Below are positions 21,594 to 31,632 of a stretch of DNA of 64,000 nt, piece by piece. The notes beneath the pieces are model-generated. The model had not been told where the DNA came from, did no database searches, and was given only the letters and a program-made list of their open reading frames with translations. The translations under genes and the position numbers were made by a program. The stretch's first letter is position 1; each line of letters begins with the position of its first letter. This DNA is from Blastocladiella emersonii ATCC 22665 (lineage: Eukaryota > Fungi > Blastocladiomycota), in assembly GCA_025594325.1 (NCBI GenBank), contig JANHCV010000012.1, positions 186,001 through 250,000 on the forward strand. Direction: 5' to 3'.

Positions 21594-21794
21594 TCACGCC
21601 CAGCCAAGGTCAGTGACAATGCCACTGCGCTTGGGGACTTCGCGCACTTGCTTGACTGGTCGCTCAGGGAGCTTCTGGTGACGCTTGATCTGGGGTGCTG
21701 TCAGGCCACTGCCGGCCAACGTCTTCTCTGTGAACAGCTTCACGTCCAGGGGCTTCTTGTAGCCCAGTTGCTTGAGGATCTGTTCGAGTAACAT
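21594..21794 (-). CDS. 66-aa basic viral protein
   Basis: K/R-rich ORF with shared upstream motif GTAGTAGTAAG. Confidence 0.45.
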   Translation of the reverse strand: MLLEQILKQLGYKKPLDVKLFTEKTLAGSGLTAPQIKRHQKLPERPVKQVREVPKRSGIVTDLGWA

Positions 21795-21848
21795 CTCTGT
21801 CTTCTTACTACTACCCTCGGAATTGTTCTTGGGCGCGTCTGCAAGCTG

Positions 21849-23312
21849 TCAGATGAGCTGCTCCAGGTTGCTGGTGTCCAGGACCTGTGGCTGTGCTGGC
21901 GGCTGCATCGTGTCCAGCTTGCTGCCCAGGTCCTGGAGTGTCTTGTTCACAGCAGCATTGGGCTCTGTCTGTCCCTGGATGGCGCTCTGGACACCTGTTG
22001 CAAGCTGGCCAATGAGTCCCTGCTGGTTGGTCAGGGCAGTTGACATGCCGCTTGCAATCTCAGACACCAGTGCACGGTTCCCTGCATCAATCTGTCGCAC
22101 AAAGGCGTTGCGCTCTGCACGCAGTGTGTCCACAATGTTAGCTGCAAGGTTGGCAAAGGTCTCAAGTGCCAGTCCTTGGGCGTTCTTGGACTGCTCAATC
22201 AGGGCCATGTATGCCTGGTACTGCATGACCTGACTGTTTGTGAACTGGCCAGCAATGACGTCCAGCGCAGCCATCACGTTGGGGTCGCTGTTGTACTGCA
22301 CCATGATCTGTGTACGCAGGTCATTGTTCTGCTGGTAGTAGTTCTGCTCGTACTGCGTGATGTACTGCCGCATGTTGTAGTTCTGCGTGTTGTCCTGCTG
22401 GAAGCTGCTGTACACGTATTGATTGAACTGCTGAAAGTTCTGGACAATGTCGACCTCCATGTCGTCTGTTGTGGTCAGTGCCCGCTCTGGGTTGTAGACC
22501 TGGATGTCCTTGGAGCTTTCAATCATCTGAGACTCGTTCATGGTGGGATGTACGTGTGTGTCATTGTACACAGAGCCGCGCTGTGGAAGGTCCTGTCCGT
22601 AGCTGGGAGGGACAACAACCAGGTTGCATGTGCCATTGTCGAGCTGGGGTGGAAGGTCATTGCCGCCGTCGTTGTCATTCTGGATCAAGTAACGTCCAGG
22701 GATCATGCCAGCGTACTCTGGGATGTCCTGGCCAACGTAGTCACCAGCGTCCACAGGGTACTCTTCAGGGACAACTGGGCAGACAGGTACAGGCAAGAGA
22801 TGGTCTGGCACACGCTGCCCTGCTGTCTCCAGCATCTCAGCAAGTTCGTCCAAGGTGTCCTGTGGCCTCTGTGAGCCTATGCCAGAGTCTTGTGTGCTTG
22901 GGACGTCTGGTGTGTCTGCGCCTGTGTCAGAGTCTGGCGTGCCTTCCTGTGCAACAGGAACACGTTGGATGCCACTGCTAACGCTTGTGCTTGCTTGCTT
23001 GATGGTGTCATAGACGTGCTGCATGACGCTCTCTGAGTCTTGCCCCATGATCTCTCCATTGTGTCTCAGGAACAGCATCCCTGATTGCTTGCCCTCAAAG
23101 TCGTCTGCATAGCTCTCTGGTGTGACAGCGTAGTCAAAGGCAAGGATGTACGGGACCCACACAGTGAGGAACTCCTTGGCTGTGGGGAAAGTGTACGTGC
23201 GTCCATCAATGGTGGCCTTGATCCTCTGGCCAGGCATGCGCTCTGCAGTGATACAACTGTTTGTCTTGGCTGCAACGTCTTCCAGTTGCTTGGTGATGGG
23301 TCTTTGTGTCAT
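21849..23312 (-). CDS. 487-aa viral protein of unknown function (Q/N/Y-rich middle, helical C-terminus)
   Basis: Intact ORF from MTQRP; CACCATG context and shared upstream motif. Confidence 0.7.
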   Translation of the reverse strand: MTQRPITKQLEDVAAKTNSCITAERMPGQRIKATIDGRTYTFPTAKEFLTVWVPYILAFDYAVTPESYADDFEGKQSGMLFLRHNGEIMGQDSESVMQHVYDTIKQASTSVSSGIQRVPVAQEGTPDSDTGADTPDVPSTQDSGIGSQRPQDTLDELAEMLETAGQRVPDHLLPVPVCPVVPEEYPVDAGDYVGQDIPEYAGMIPGRYLIQNDNDGGNDLPPQLDNGTCNLVVVPPSYGQDLPQRGSVYNDTHVHPTMNESQMIESSKDIQVYNPERALTTTDDMEVDIVQNFQQFNQYVYSSFQQDNTQNYNMRQYITQYEQNYYQQNNDLRTQIMVQYNSDPNVMAALDVIAGQFTNSQVMQYQAYMALIEQSKNAQGLALETFANLAANIVDTLRAERNAFVRQIDAGNRALVSEIASGMSTALTNQQGLIGQLATGVQSAIQGQTEPNAAVNKTLQDLGSKLDTMQPPAQPQVLDTSNLEQLI

Positions 23313-23350
23313 GGTGGTTACTGTATGAAGCAAAAATAAACCCCAGGCAA

Positions 23351-23494
23351 GGTACACTTTGCACCTGTTTGTGGTACACTTTGTACCGTCAAGGGTACAC
23401 TTTGCACCTGTCTGTGGTACACTTTGTACCGTCAAGGGTACACTTTGTACCTGTCTGTGGTACACTTTGTACCATCAAGGGTACACTTTGTACG
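23351..23494. repeat. Array of seven 15-bp imperfect palindromes GGTACA-CTT-TG(T/C)ACC in a 43-bp period
   Basis: Copies start at 23351, 23373, 23394, 23416, 23437, 23459, 23480. Confidence 0.95.
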
Positions 23495-23728
23495 TTGTGC
23501 ATTGCGCTTGGCATTGAGTGCCTTGTAGATGCGGATCTTGACGCGCTCTGCCCGTGCTGCCTCACTGTCAACGTGGACAAAGCGACTGGCCTTGCAGTCC
23601 CTCTTCTGTAGCCACTTGGCCTTGTTGTCGTCGCTCTTGTTGTACCAGTTGGATGGCACAGGGAAGGTCCCTGCAAGGTGTTCACGCCACTCATCAAGGG
23701 ACATGTCCTGGTACTCTGAGCAATTCAT
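23432..23728 (-). CDS. Possible small viral ORF (98 aa)
   Basis: MNCSEYQDMSLDEWREHL..; start lies only 19 bp from the divergent fibre start and its 3' end overlaps the repeat array. Confidence 0.35.
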   Translation of the reverse strand: MNCSEYQDMSLDEWREHLAGTFPVPSNWYNKSDDNKAKWLQKRDCKASRFVHVDSEAARAERVKIRIYKALNAKRNAQRTKCTLDGTKCTTDRYKVYP

Positions 23729-23747
23729 TTCTTGCACTAAGTTAAAC

Positions 23748-25688
23748 ATGGTCAAGAATATATTCAACGTGTCTACCAACGTGTCACCAACAGTGTCTGC
23801 CACAGGTGTCTCAGATGTGTCCAAGGCATATGTTGATGCTGCCATCAGTGCTGTCTATGCCACAGTTGGTGCACCTGTCGCTGGGCCTGGACTCAGCGTG
23901 TCAGGGACAACTGTCTCTGCCAAGGTCGATGACCAGACACTGGGTGTTGGTCCAAGCGGTCTCTATGTCAAGTCAATCAGTACGGCCCAGCTCCTGCCAG
24001 CCAGCGTCACTGCAGACAAGGTTGTGAGTGTCACAGCTGCACAGGTCACAGGTAAGCTTGTTGATGCACAGCTGGACACTGTGTCAGCATCCAAGGTCAC
24101 TGGTGTGCTCAGTGCGTCCAACCTTCCAGCGCTTGGGACAACGTCCATTGCAGATGGCTCTGTGACAGACGCCAAGGTTGCCTCAGTGTCTGGGTCCAAG
24201 CTGGTTCCGGGGACTGTCAACACAGCAGCTCTTGCAGACACCTCCGTGACAGACGCCAAGGTTGTCTCAGTGTCTGGGTCCAAGCTGGTTGCAGGAAGTG
24301 TCTCAACACCTGCTCTTGCAGACGCCTCAGTGACAGACGCCAAGGTTGCCTCAGTGTCCAGGTCCAAGCTGGTTCCAGGGACTGTCAGCACAGCAGCACT
24401 TGCAGACACCGCAATAACAGATGTCAAGGTTGCCTCAGTGTCCGGGTCCAAGCTGGTTCCAGGGACTGTCAGCACAGCTGCCCTTGCAGACGCTGCTGTC
24501 ACCAACGCCAAGCTGGCCACTGGTATAGACGGTGCAAAGCTCAACGTGTCATCTGTGGGAACAGCACACCTTGCAGCAGGGTCAGTCACTGATGCCAAGG
24601 TCACAGATGTGTCTGCCACCAAGCTGACAGGGACGCTTGATCCTGCACGCATTGCAGACAGTTCACTGACCAATGCCAAGCTGGCCACTGGGATAGACGC
24701 TGCCAAGTTGTCTGGGACCATTGACCTTGCACGACTGCCTGACGTGTCCAGCAAGGTGTCAAGTGTCAACGGAGCCATTGTCACTGGGACGCTCCCCCAG
24801 TCCACCCTTGGACTTGGCAGTGTCTTTACCTTTGCCAGTACTGTGGACAGCACATCAACGTCCACTGGGGCAGTCACTGTGGCAGGTGGCCTTGGTGTGG
24901 GCAAGCAGCTCACTGTGCCAAACGTCCTTGTCCGGAACACAGTCAGTGCAAATGTGGTCTTTGACTCTGCTGCCAACACACTCACATACATTGACTTCAA
25001 GCAAGCAGGTGTCCTGAAGAGCAACCTGGCATGCACTGCACTGGGCACCATTGAGATCGCTTCAGCAACCAATGGTGGTGTGTCCTTGGCTGCAGGTGGC
25101 GGCAATGTGGTTGTGGGCTCGGCGACGCTTGGCACAGAAAAGCTCTGTGTCAATGGCACTGGTCGCTTCACAGGGCAGCTCACCCTTGACCTCGCTCCAG
25201 TGGCAGGCACCGACGCAGCAAACAAGGCGTACGTTGACTTGCGGTCTGGCATGACCTGGTACGTTGCTCAGGCTGAGCACCGCTCTACAAACAGAGTGAC
25301 CACGGGCGGCAAGATCATTGGCGGCACAGCATTGACGGGCCCGGCCACCTTTGCGTTCCAGTCCACGGCGGGCGCGTTCACATCTGTGATCAATGGATGC
25401 GTCAAACCCCCTGTCAGTGGCTACTACCTCGTCCATGCAAAGGGCTACTACGCAAACGGCACGCTCCCTGGATCCCACACTGTGAACTTTGCGCTGTACA
25501 ACATGACGGACATGATTGCAGTGTCGCTTGTCACCGGGTGCCGCGCTGAAGGCAACGTCCAGTTCCTTCAGTTCTTGAGCATCGAGTACCTTGACGCGGC
25601 CAAGAGCTACTCTTTCATCTGGATCCCGTTGGTCGCAGTTGCCAACAACTGCCAGGTCATCATTCAAAGCCACTGGACCCTGCTCTAA
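23748..25688 (+). CDS. Fibre/spike-like virion protein, 646 aa
   Basis: 28-aa (84-bp) repeats VTDAKVASVSGSKLVPGTVSTAALADTS, KAYVD motifs, STSTGAVTVAGGLGVG, C-terminal beta-rich head (KPPVSGYYLV). Confidence 0.75.
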   Translation: MVKNIFNVSTNVSPTVSATGVSDVSKAYVDAAISAVYATVGAPVAGPGLSVSGTTVSAKVDDQTLGVGPSGLYVKSISTAQLLPASVTADKVVSVTAAQVTGKLVDAQLDTVSASKVTGVLSASNLPALGTTSIADGSVTDAKVASVSGSKLVPGTVNTAALADTSVTDAKVVSVSGSKLVAGSVSTPALADASVTDAKVASVSRSKLVPGTVSTAALADTAITDVKVASVSGSKLVPGTVSTAALADAAVTNAKLATGIDGAKLNVSSVGTAHLAAGSVTDAKVTDVSATKLTGTLDPARIADSSLTNAKLATGIDAAKLSGTIDLARLPDVSSKVSSVNGAIVTGTLPQSTLGLGSVFTFASTVDSTSTSTGAVTVAGGLGVGKQLTVPNVLVRNTVSANVVFDSAANTLTYIDFKQAGVLKSNLACTALGTIEIASATNGGVSLAAGGGNVVVGSATLGTEKLCVNGTGRFTGQLTLDLAPVAGTDAANKAYVDLRSGMTWYVAQAEHRSTNRVTTGGKIIGGTALTGPATFAFQSTAGAFTSVINGCVKPPVSGYYLVHAKGYYANGTLPGSHTVNFALYNMTDMIAVSLVTGCRAEGNVQFLQFLSIEYLDAAKSYSFIWIPLVAVANNCQVIIQSHWTLL

Positions 25689-25714
25689 AGCCCACGGTCC
25701 CACTTTTCTTGGAC

Positions 25715-26797
25715 TCAGACTGGGACGCGCCTGACCCAGGTCGAGGGCTCCCTTGGCGTGACCGGGGTGCGCGCAGCAGGGAGCCTTGGAAAACTTGGAC
25801 CTACGCGCTGCCTTGTTGGCGGGTCCTGGGTCGCTGTGACTGGCTGGACGTTGCTGCGTGGATAGAAGCCCTTCAAGTCACCAACCTTGTACAACGGGTT
25901 GCTCACACCAGAGCCCTTGCGGACAGCTGTGACTTGGTGCACTGTGGACGTCCATACTGGCTTTCCCTTTGCTTCCATGGCTGTCTTGTACGGCTCACGG
26001 ACACGTACCTGTGTTCCAACTTTGAGCAGCGCACTGAGTGGGTCACCCTCTGGCTTGCCCTTGGCAGCACGGATGGCCTTGAGTGTGTCCTTGGCAGCGT
26101 CTTGCGGCATGTCATGGAAGTCATTGGGCGCCTTGCCTGTAGCTCTGGACTTGCTGCTGTTGATCACGGACTCTATGGTCTCAAGGTACTTTGGCCAGTT
26201 GTTGTTGCCTTCAATGGACAGCCACGGTGTCAGCATCCTGCGAATGGTCCCGTTCATACGCTCAATGACACCTTGACCGTACGGCACACCTGCCTTGCCT
26301 TTGATGTGCTTTGCGCCTGTCCCCGCTTCAATGCCATTGAACTCTGTGCCATTGTCTGTCTGGATGGTTGCTGGTGTCAGGTTATGCTTGGAGACAACGT
26401 TGTCCCATGCCTGCCGTGTCAGGTCCTTGGTCTTGACTGGACGCAGGAACACGCGTTGAGTTGCCAAGTCTACACAGGTAAGAATGTACCTGAACCCGTT
26501 GAAGGTACCTTTCTTGCCCATGTCTATGAGGTCCAGCTGCCAGTTGCAACTGGGGCTCGTTGAGTTGATGCTTTGGATGTCGCGCCGCTTCTGTGGTGCA
26601 CGCTTGTACTGCTGCCACACAGACTGCTCATTGAGCCACCTCCCTAGCTGTGCGCAGTACACGCGGTCACCAGTGTTCTCTCTGGACACAATGTCAAAGA
26701 GCCAACAGATACCAACACCTACATGGCCGCGCTTGTAGTACAGGTCACTGAGGAACGCTTGCTGTGCGTCTGTGAGTGGTGCTTCGTGTGGATACAT
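25715..26797 (-). CDS. Retroviral-type (rve) DDE integrase, Polinton-like
   Basis: WQLDLIDM (D), IQTDNGTEF (D), GVIERMNGTIR (E), C-terminal KVGTQVRV SH3-like segment. Confidence 0.92.
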   Translation of the reverse strand: MYPHEAPLTDAQQAFLSDLYYKRGHVGVGICWLFDIVSRENTGDRVYCAQLGRWLNEQSVWQQYKRAPQKRRDIQSINSTSPSCNWQLDLIDMGKKGTFNGFRYILTCVDLATQRVFLRPVKTKDLTRQAWDNVVSKHNLTPATIQTDNGTEFNGIEAGTGAKHIKGKAGVPYGQGVIERMNGTIRRMLTPWLSIEGNNNWPKYLETIESVINSSKSRATGKAPNDFHDMPQDAAKDTLKAIRAAKGKPEGDPLSALLKVGTQVRVREPYKTAMEAKGKPVWTSTVHQVTAVRKGSGVSNPLYKVGDLKGFYPRSNVQPVTATQDPPTRQRVGPSFPRLPAARTPVTPREPSTWVRRVPV

Positions 26798-26820
26798 TAC
26801 ATTACGGCAACAAAACAAGG

Positions 26821-27981
26821 TCAGACAAGGTAGTGGGCCACGGCGACAGGTACGCTGTGACCCATCTCAGCAGCACGCTTGGCCACGGCCTTGTACGCGT
26901 CCTTGTTCTCACTGGTGCTGATGCGGCGGATCTGCTGGACACCGCACCCCTTGAAGCCAACGTCCTGTGCTGCCAGCGCAATGGTCTTGGACCAGTCTTT
27001 GCGGACCTTGGCGTTGACCTGAGCATCACAGACGTTGTCCAGGCTGTGGTTGTAGAAGACCAGGTCATGGCCGTCAGCAAGACGCTTGGCAATGACGCGC
27101 TCAAGGGCAGCAGCAACCTTGGGGTCAGCAATGACATGCGAGAACCCATAGCCACGGCCATCTGTCTTGACGCACACAGGGCCGGCCAGCGTCTTGGTCT
27201 CGGGGTTGTAGCTTGGGTACTTGTCACTGGGCTTGGTGGTCAGGAACGCAAGGTCACTGCAGGTTGCACAGACGACTTGGAGGTACAGACGCAGAGCACG
27301 CATTGTGCCAGACACCTGGTATGTGTCCCAGTTCTCAGCAGCAACAACAGCAGCCAGCAAGTCTTCATGGCTTGGGAGTGCACCAGTCTCCACAGCCTTG
27401 CGCGCGTCAAGGTGAGCTTCAGCGTCCTGCTTCTTGGTCTGCGTGTACTGTGCAGCAAGGTCGTCATTGCCATTCCACTTGCAGTACTTGGCCAGCGCCT
27501 TGAGCGTCTCAACCTGCAGACCCTGTGCCTTGTCTGTGCCCTTGGTTGCACGGTACGTCTCCACAGCCTTTGTCACACTGTTGACGTCCTCAATGGCCAG
27601 CCCCAACTTGCAGAACGCAGTCAGCACGCGACACAGCTTGGACTGGTCATCGGCACTGAGCTGGGACACTTGGCCGTACTTGTTCACCACAGGCTCGCTG
27701 GCACGCGCCTTGATGGATTCCTCAGTCATCTGCGCGTACTTGACCTGGGGATCAGTGTCCATGGGCTCGCCAGACTCATTGGTGGGGGTGTGATTGGAAC
27801 TGTGATTGCAGTCACGTGACACTGCAGCCAGCGCAGCGAGGCTGGTCTCGACTCCCTTGAGCCGCTCATCAAAGGACGCCAGCAGCGGCTTGATACCATC
27901 AAGCACTTGGTGCACTACGTCGGCGGCAACGTGCTGAGCAACAACCTTGGACACCTGGGACACAAGCGCTTTGAGAGACAT
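26821..27981 (-). CDS. Tyrosine recombinase (catalytic Arg apparently replaced by Cys)
   Basis: LYL..ATCSDL (PLRNDY-like box I), VKTDGRGYG (K), QQIRR, AAEMGHSVPVAVAHY (box II). Confidence 0.8.
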   Translation of the reverse strand: MSLKALVSQVSKVVAQHVAADVVHQVLDGIKPLLASFDERLKGVETSLAALAAVSRDCNHSSNHTPTNESGEPMDTDPQVKYAQMTEESIKARASEPVVNKYGQVSQLSADDQSKLCRVLTAFCKLGLAIEDVNSVTKAVETYRATKGTDKAQGLQVETLKALAKYCKWNGNDDLAAQYTQTKKQDAEAHLDARKAVETGALPSHEDLLAAVVAAENWDTYQVSGTMRALRLYLQVVCATCSDLAFLTTKPSDKYPSYNPETKTLAGPVCVKTDGRGYGFSHVIADPKVAAALERVIAKRLADGHDLVFYNHSLDNVCDAQVNAKVRKDWSKTIALAAQDVGFKGCGVQQIRRISTSENKDAYKAVAKRAAEMGHSVPVAVAHYLV

Positions 27982-28069
27982 CTTACCGTAGCCCCAGAAA
28001 AGAAGGCGTCACTGCTCAAGTGCGTTTGGCGGTATTGTTAAATATATTGTGCGTCGATAGTAGGACACC

Positions 28070-31000
28070 ATGTACTACGACAGTGACAGCGACAGCCATG
28101 TCCCCAACCCCCTTGATGAGTTCCTGCTTAGCATTGCTTACTGCAGAGGCAAGGTGGTTGACTTTGACAAGGTGAAGGCCTTGACCATGGACGCTGCACG
28201 CAAGGCATGGCTGGGCAATGACGAGTCTCTGGCAGAGGCCATGAAGACGCTGCGTGTTGTTATTGCCCGTCTTGCAGTGTTGCAGCACGTCCAAGGGGCG
28301 CCTGTGAAGACACAGCAGCTGTACGACAGCACGTCAATGAAGCGGCTCCTGCCAGACATCCCCTTGAAGAAGGGTGCTCCCTCAATTGACTTTGACCAGC
28401 TTGCACAGGACACGATGCACAGGACGGGACAAGGACACGATGCACAGGGCAGGCCAACCAGGACGGGACAACGACACAATGCACAGGACAGGCCAATGAC
28501 ACAATGCACAGGACAGGCCATGCCAACAAGGGCTCCCAGGGCACAGTCATTAACGCTAAATCCTGCGCGTTTAAACGCACCTGTCCTGTCACCCTTTCTG
28601 TTACCTCATCATAACAACATGGTCTGCAATCAGGTTCCCGGTAAACATGGCACTGCCTTTGGTCTCAAGTGGTTCCATGGCAAGGATGGTGGCAACAGCG
28701 ACATGGGCCCTCAGCGCACGCTCTTGTCCAAGCTGCAAGACAACAAGACGGTCATCAAGCGCCTTGTTGACAAGGGCGTCGACAACCACGGCCAACCCAA
28801 GGCGGCGCACTACTTTGCCAAGGTCAAGACAGCTGACCTGGCCGGGCTCCTTGACAAGAACCGCTGCATCCAGGAGATGGTCCACCCCAAGCGCCTGTCC
28901 AAAGTCTACTTTGACATTGACTGCCCGGGCAACCGCAAGGACGTGACCCTGGACGTCATCAAAAAGGTCATCCTGGCCCAGTTCCCCGGCGCCAACCTCC
29001 AGGTCTGTGGCTACAAGACGGACCTCAAAAAGGCGTGGCACATTGTCCTCAGCAACTACACGGCCACGCTCAAGGACATGCCGTTCCTGAAGCTGTTCTG
29101 CAGCCACCCCGACCATGTCAAGCTTGGCTTTGACTCCAGCGTGTACAGCAAGCACCGCTTCATGAAGTGCATCAACCAGTCCAAGCCCAAGAAGATGCCC
29201 GGCGTGTGGATCTTGGGTAACAAGGACCGCCTTCCAAGCACTTGATCCAGTGCGACTTTGACCACAACTGCGCGTCGGTCTTGGACCTGTCCTTTGAAGA
29301 GTTTGTGACTGCCAAGGCCAAGGAAGCGCGGACCAAGCGCCACGCGGGTCGCCTTTGCACATCCTTGAACTTGGGGATGTCAAGGTCGTGCAGATCGACC
29401 CCGACTTCTTCTACTACAACGCCACGCCACTTGAGATCCTCCACAACATCCCCATCAGCCCCGAGAACGCGTTCCACAACAACGTGACCTGGCGGATCAT
29501 GACATGGGCCATGCGCAAAGGGGTCACATTTGACCAGTTCTGGGCGTGGACGTCGCAGCAGGACAACTTGGCTCAGCGCATGCAAAAGTACTGGGGCCGA
29601 TGGAACGAGATTGCCAGCAACGACAACTACCAGGTGCTGGACACGTTTGTCAAGGCCATCTTCTACAAGCGGTTCCCAGCCGTGTTCAAGTCCAAGGCCA
29701 TGGCCAAGTTTGAGCAGTCGCTTGAGGTACCAGTGGACGTGACCAGCCCCAACTAGTTCCTGTCCTGCGACAACATTACCCTGGCCAAGTTCAACATGCT
29801 GGCCACGGGCATGGGCTCCAACAAGACGGCGCTGTGTGCGACTACATTGCCAAGTACCCAGACGCGTGAGTGGTCTGGATCACACCTTGCATCACCCTGG
29901 CCCACAACACCGAGGGTCGAGCCCGCAAACAGAAGCTTGGCTTTGTCAACTACTGCAGCATCAAGGACAAGAAGACACTGGGGGATCACAAGCGACTCAT
30001 TGTCTCGCCGTGCTCGCTGCACTACTTGACCGAGCCCTACAACATTGTTGTGGTGGACGAGTCCAAGACGGTCCTCAAGGTGTTCCAGGACGCCAAGTTG
30101 CACACAACCACCATTCGCAACAACCTCGAGGCCAACCTCAAGGCCTTCAAGACGCTGTGCGAGCACAAGGGCAGCAAGGGTATCTTCATGGACGAGTTTG
30201 TCACAAACCTGACCATGGACGTCCTCCGCTCCTTTACTGTCAAGCACAACATCAAGACCATACTCCATGGTAAGATCAAGGTGATCACGAACACGCTTGG
30301 CAAGAAGTTTGAGCCGCGCAAGATGAGCCTCATCACTGACGACAAGGATGAGGAGAAGTCCGCCAAAGACATCATGGAGAGCAACATCATTGCCGACCTC
30401 AAGGCCAACAAGAAGCTCTACCTCTTCATCCCACAACCATTCAAGAAGTCAACCAAGTGGTTGGTGCAGACCTTTGGCAAGTACCTCGAGCTGGTCTTTG
30501 CCAAGGAGAAGTGGAAGATTGGCAAGCAGATCAAGCTCTACCACGGCGACCGCCCCAACCACGAGGACAAGGAACTCATTGACCCTGACTCTGTGTGGTG
30601 TGGGGCAACGATACGGTCCGTATAGTCATCGCCAACCTCAAGATCACTGTGGGGGTCAACTTTTTGAAGCCATACGTCTTCCACAAGGTGTACGCGCGCT
30701 ACAAGTCCTGGGTCCCTGCCCACGACTTCTTCCAGGCAATCTACTGCGTGCGCTACCCCATTGACAACAAGATCGTGTTCATGATCAGCCATGGTTGCCG
30801 CAGCGCGTACATGAACAAGTTACAGGTCATTGACTCGGACTTGGTTGGCAAACTTCACCGGGCTATTGTCAAGAACACAGATCTTGAGAACAAGATGGCC
30901 GCTGTGACCTTCTGCCTCAAGGTCTTTGACGCCTTCCGCAAGGTCGCCAACATTGTCATGGACGACTCCCCCGAGTACTACTACAAGGCGCACCCCGAGA

Positions 31001-31632
31001 TTAAGGATGTCATGACGTTGGGCTGGTCTTTTGAATGGGCAAACGTCCAGCTACCGTCCAAGGAGATCATGCGCGCCTACTGCAAAGGTACCATCAAGGA
31101 CCCAGACTGGACCATCTCCCTCTCTGTCCGCAAGGCCTTCTTCATCCGCAAGTTCAATGGTCTGAGCATGGACAACATGAAGATCATCTGGGACGACAAC
31201 GCGGAGAGCTTCATGGAGCGTATCCAGCACTTTTACACCAAGGACAAGGGCCACGTCCTGCAAAAGCTCCTGGAACACAACAACATGGACCTCTGCACGT
31301 CCAAGGAGTTCAACATCCAGGCCACCATCCCCGCCAAGTTTGAAGCAGACATCCATAAGTACTTCAAGAAGCTTGGGTATTACAAGTGTGACACAGCAAC
31401 AGTCCAAAACAGGCTTCTCAGCACTTACTTTAACAAGTGCCTTGCTGTGCCAGACAAGGACGAACCCTGGGTCTCAGTACGCGGCAAGAAGTACAGGAAC
31501 CTGAAGTGGACAGACAACATTCTGTACTTTGTCATGTACGAGACCTGGACCCCACCCCCAGCCAATCCGGCCCCGTTTGTCCTGGAGATGGACAAGGACG
31601 AGGACAACAACGAGGACAACAACGAGCTCTAA
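28070..31632 (+). pseudogene. PrimPol-type AEP primase + PriCT-like + UL9/OBP-like SF2 helicase; at least 4 frameshifts and 2 stops
   Basis: VYFDID, AWHIVL, GFDSSVYSKHRFMK (AEP, from Met 28619); TWRIM..FWAW..YWGRW; GMGSNKT and VVVDES helicase motifs; stops at 29754 and 29867. Confidence 0.85.

Noticed and set aside
23351-23494. CRISPR array
   Set aside because: Spacers are only 6-7 bp and themselves repeat; no cas genes; eukaryotic context
28619-31632. Programmed frameshifting or introns explaining the broken replicase
   Set aside because: Too many independent breaks, no slippery heptamers or GT-AG pairs at the junctions, and the stops look like C-to-T changes
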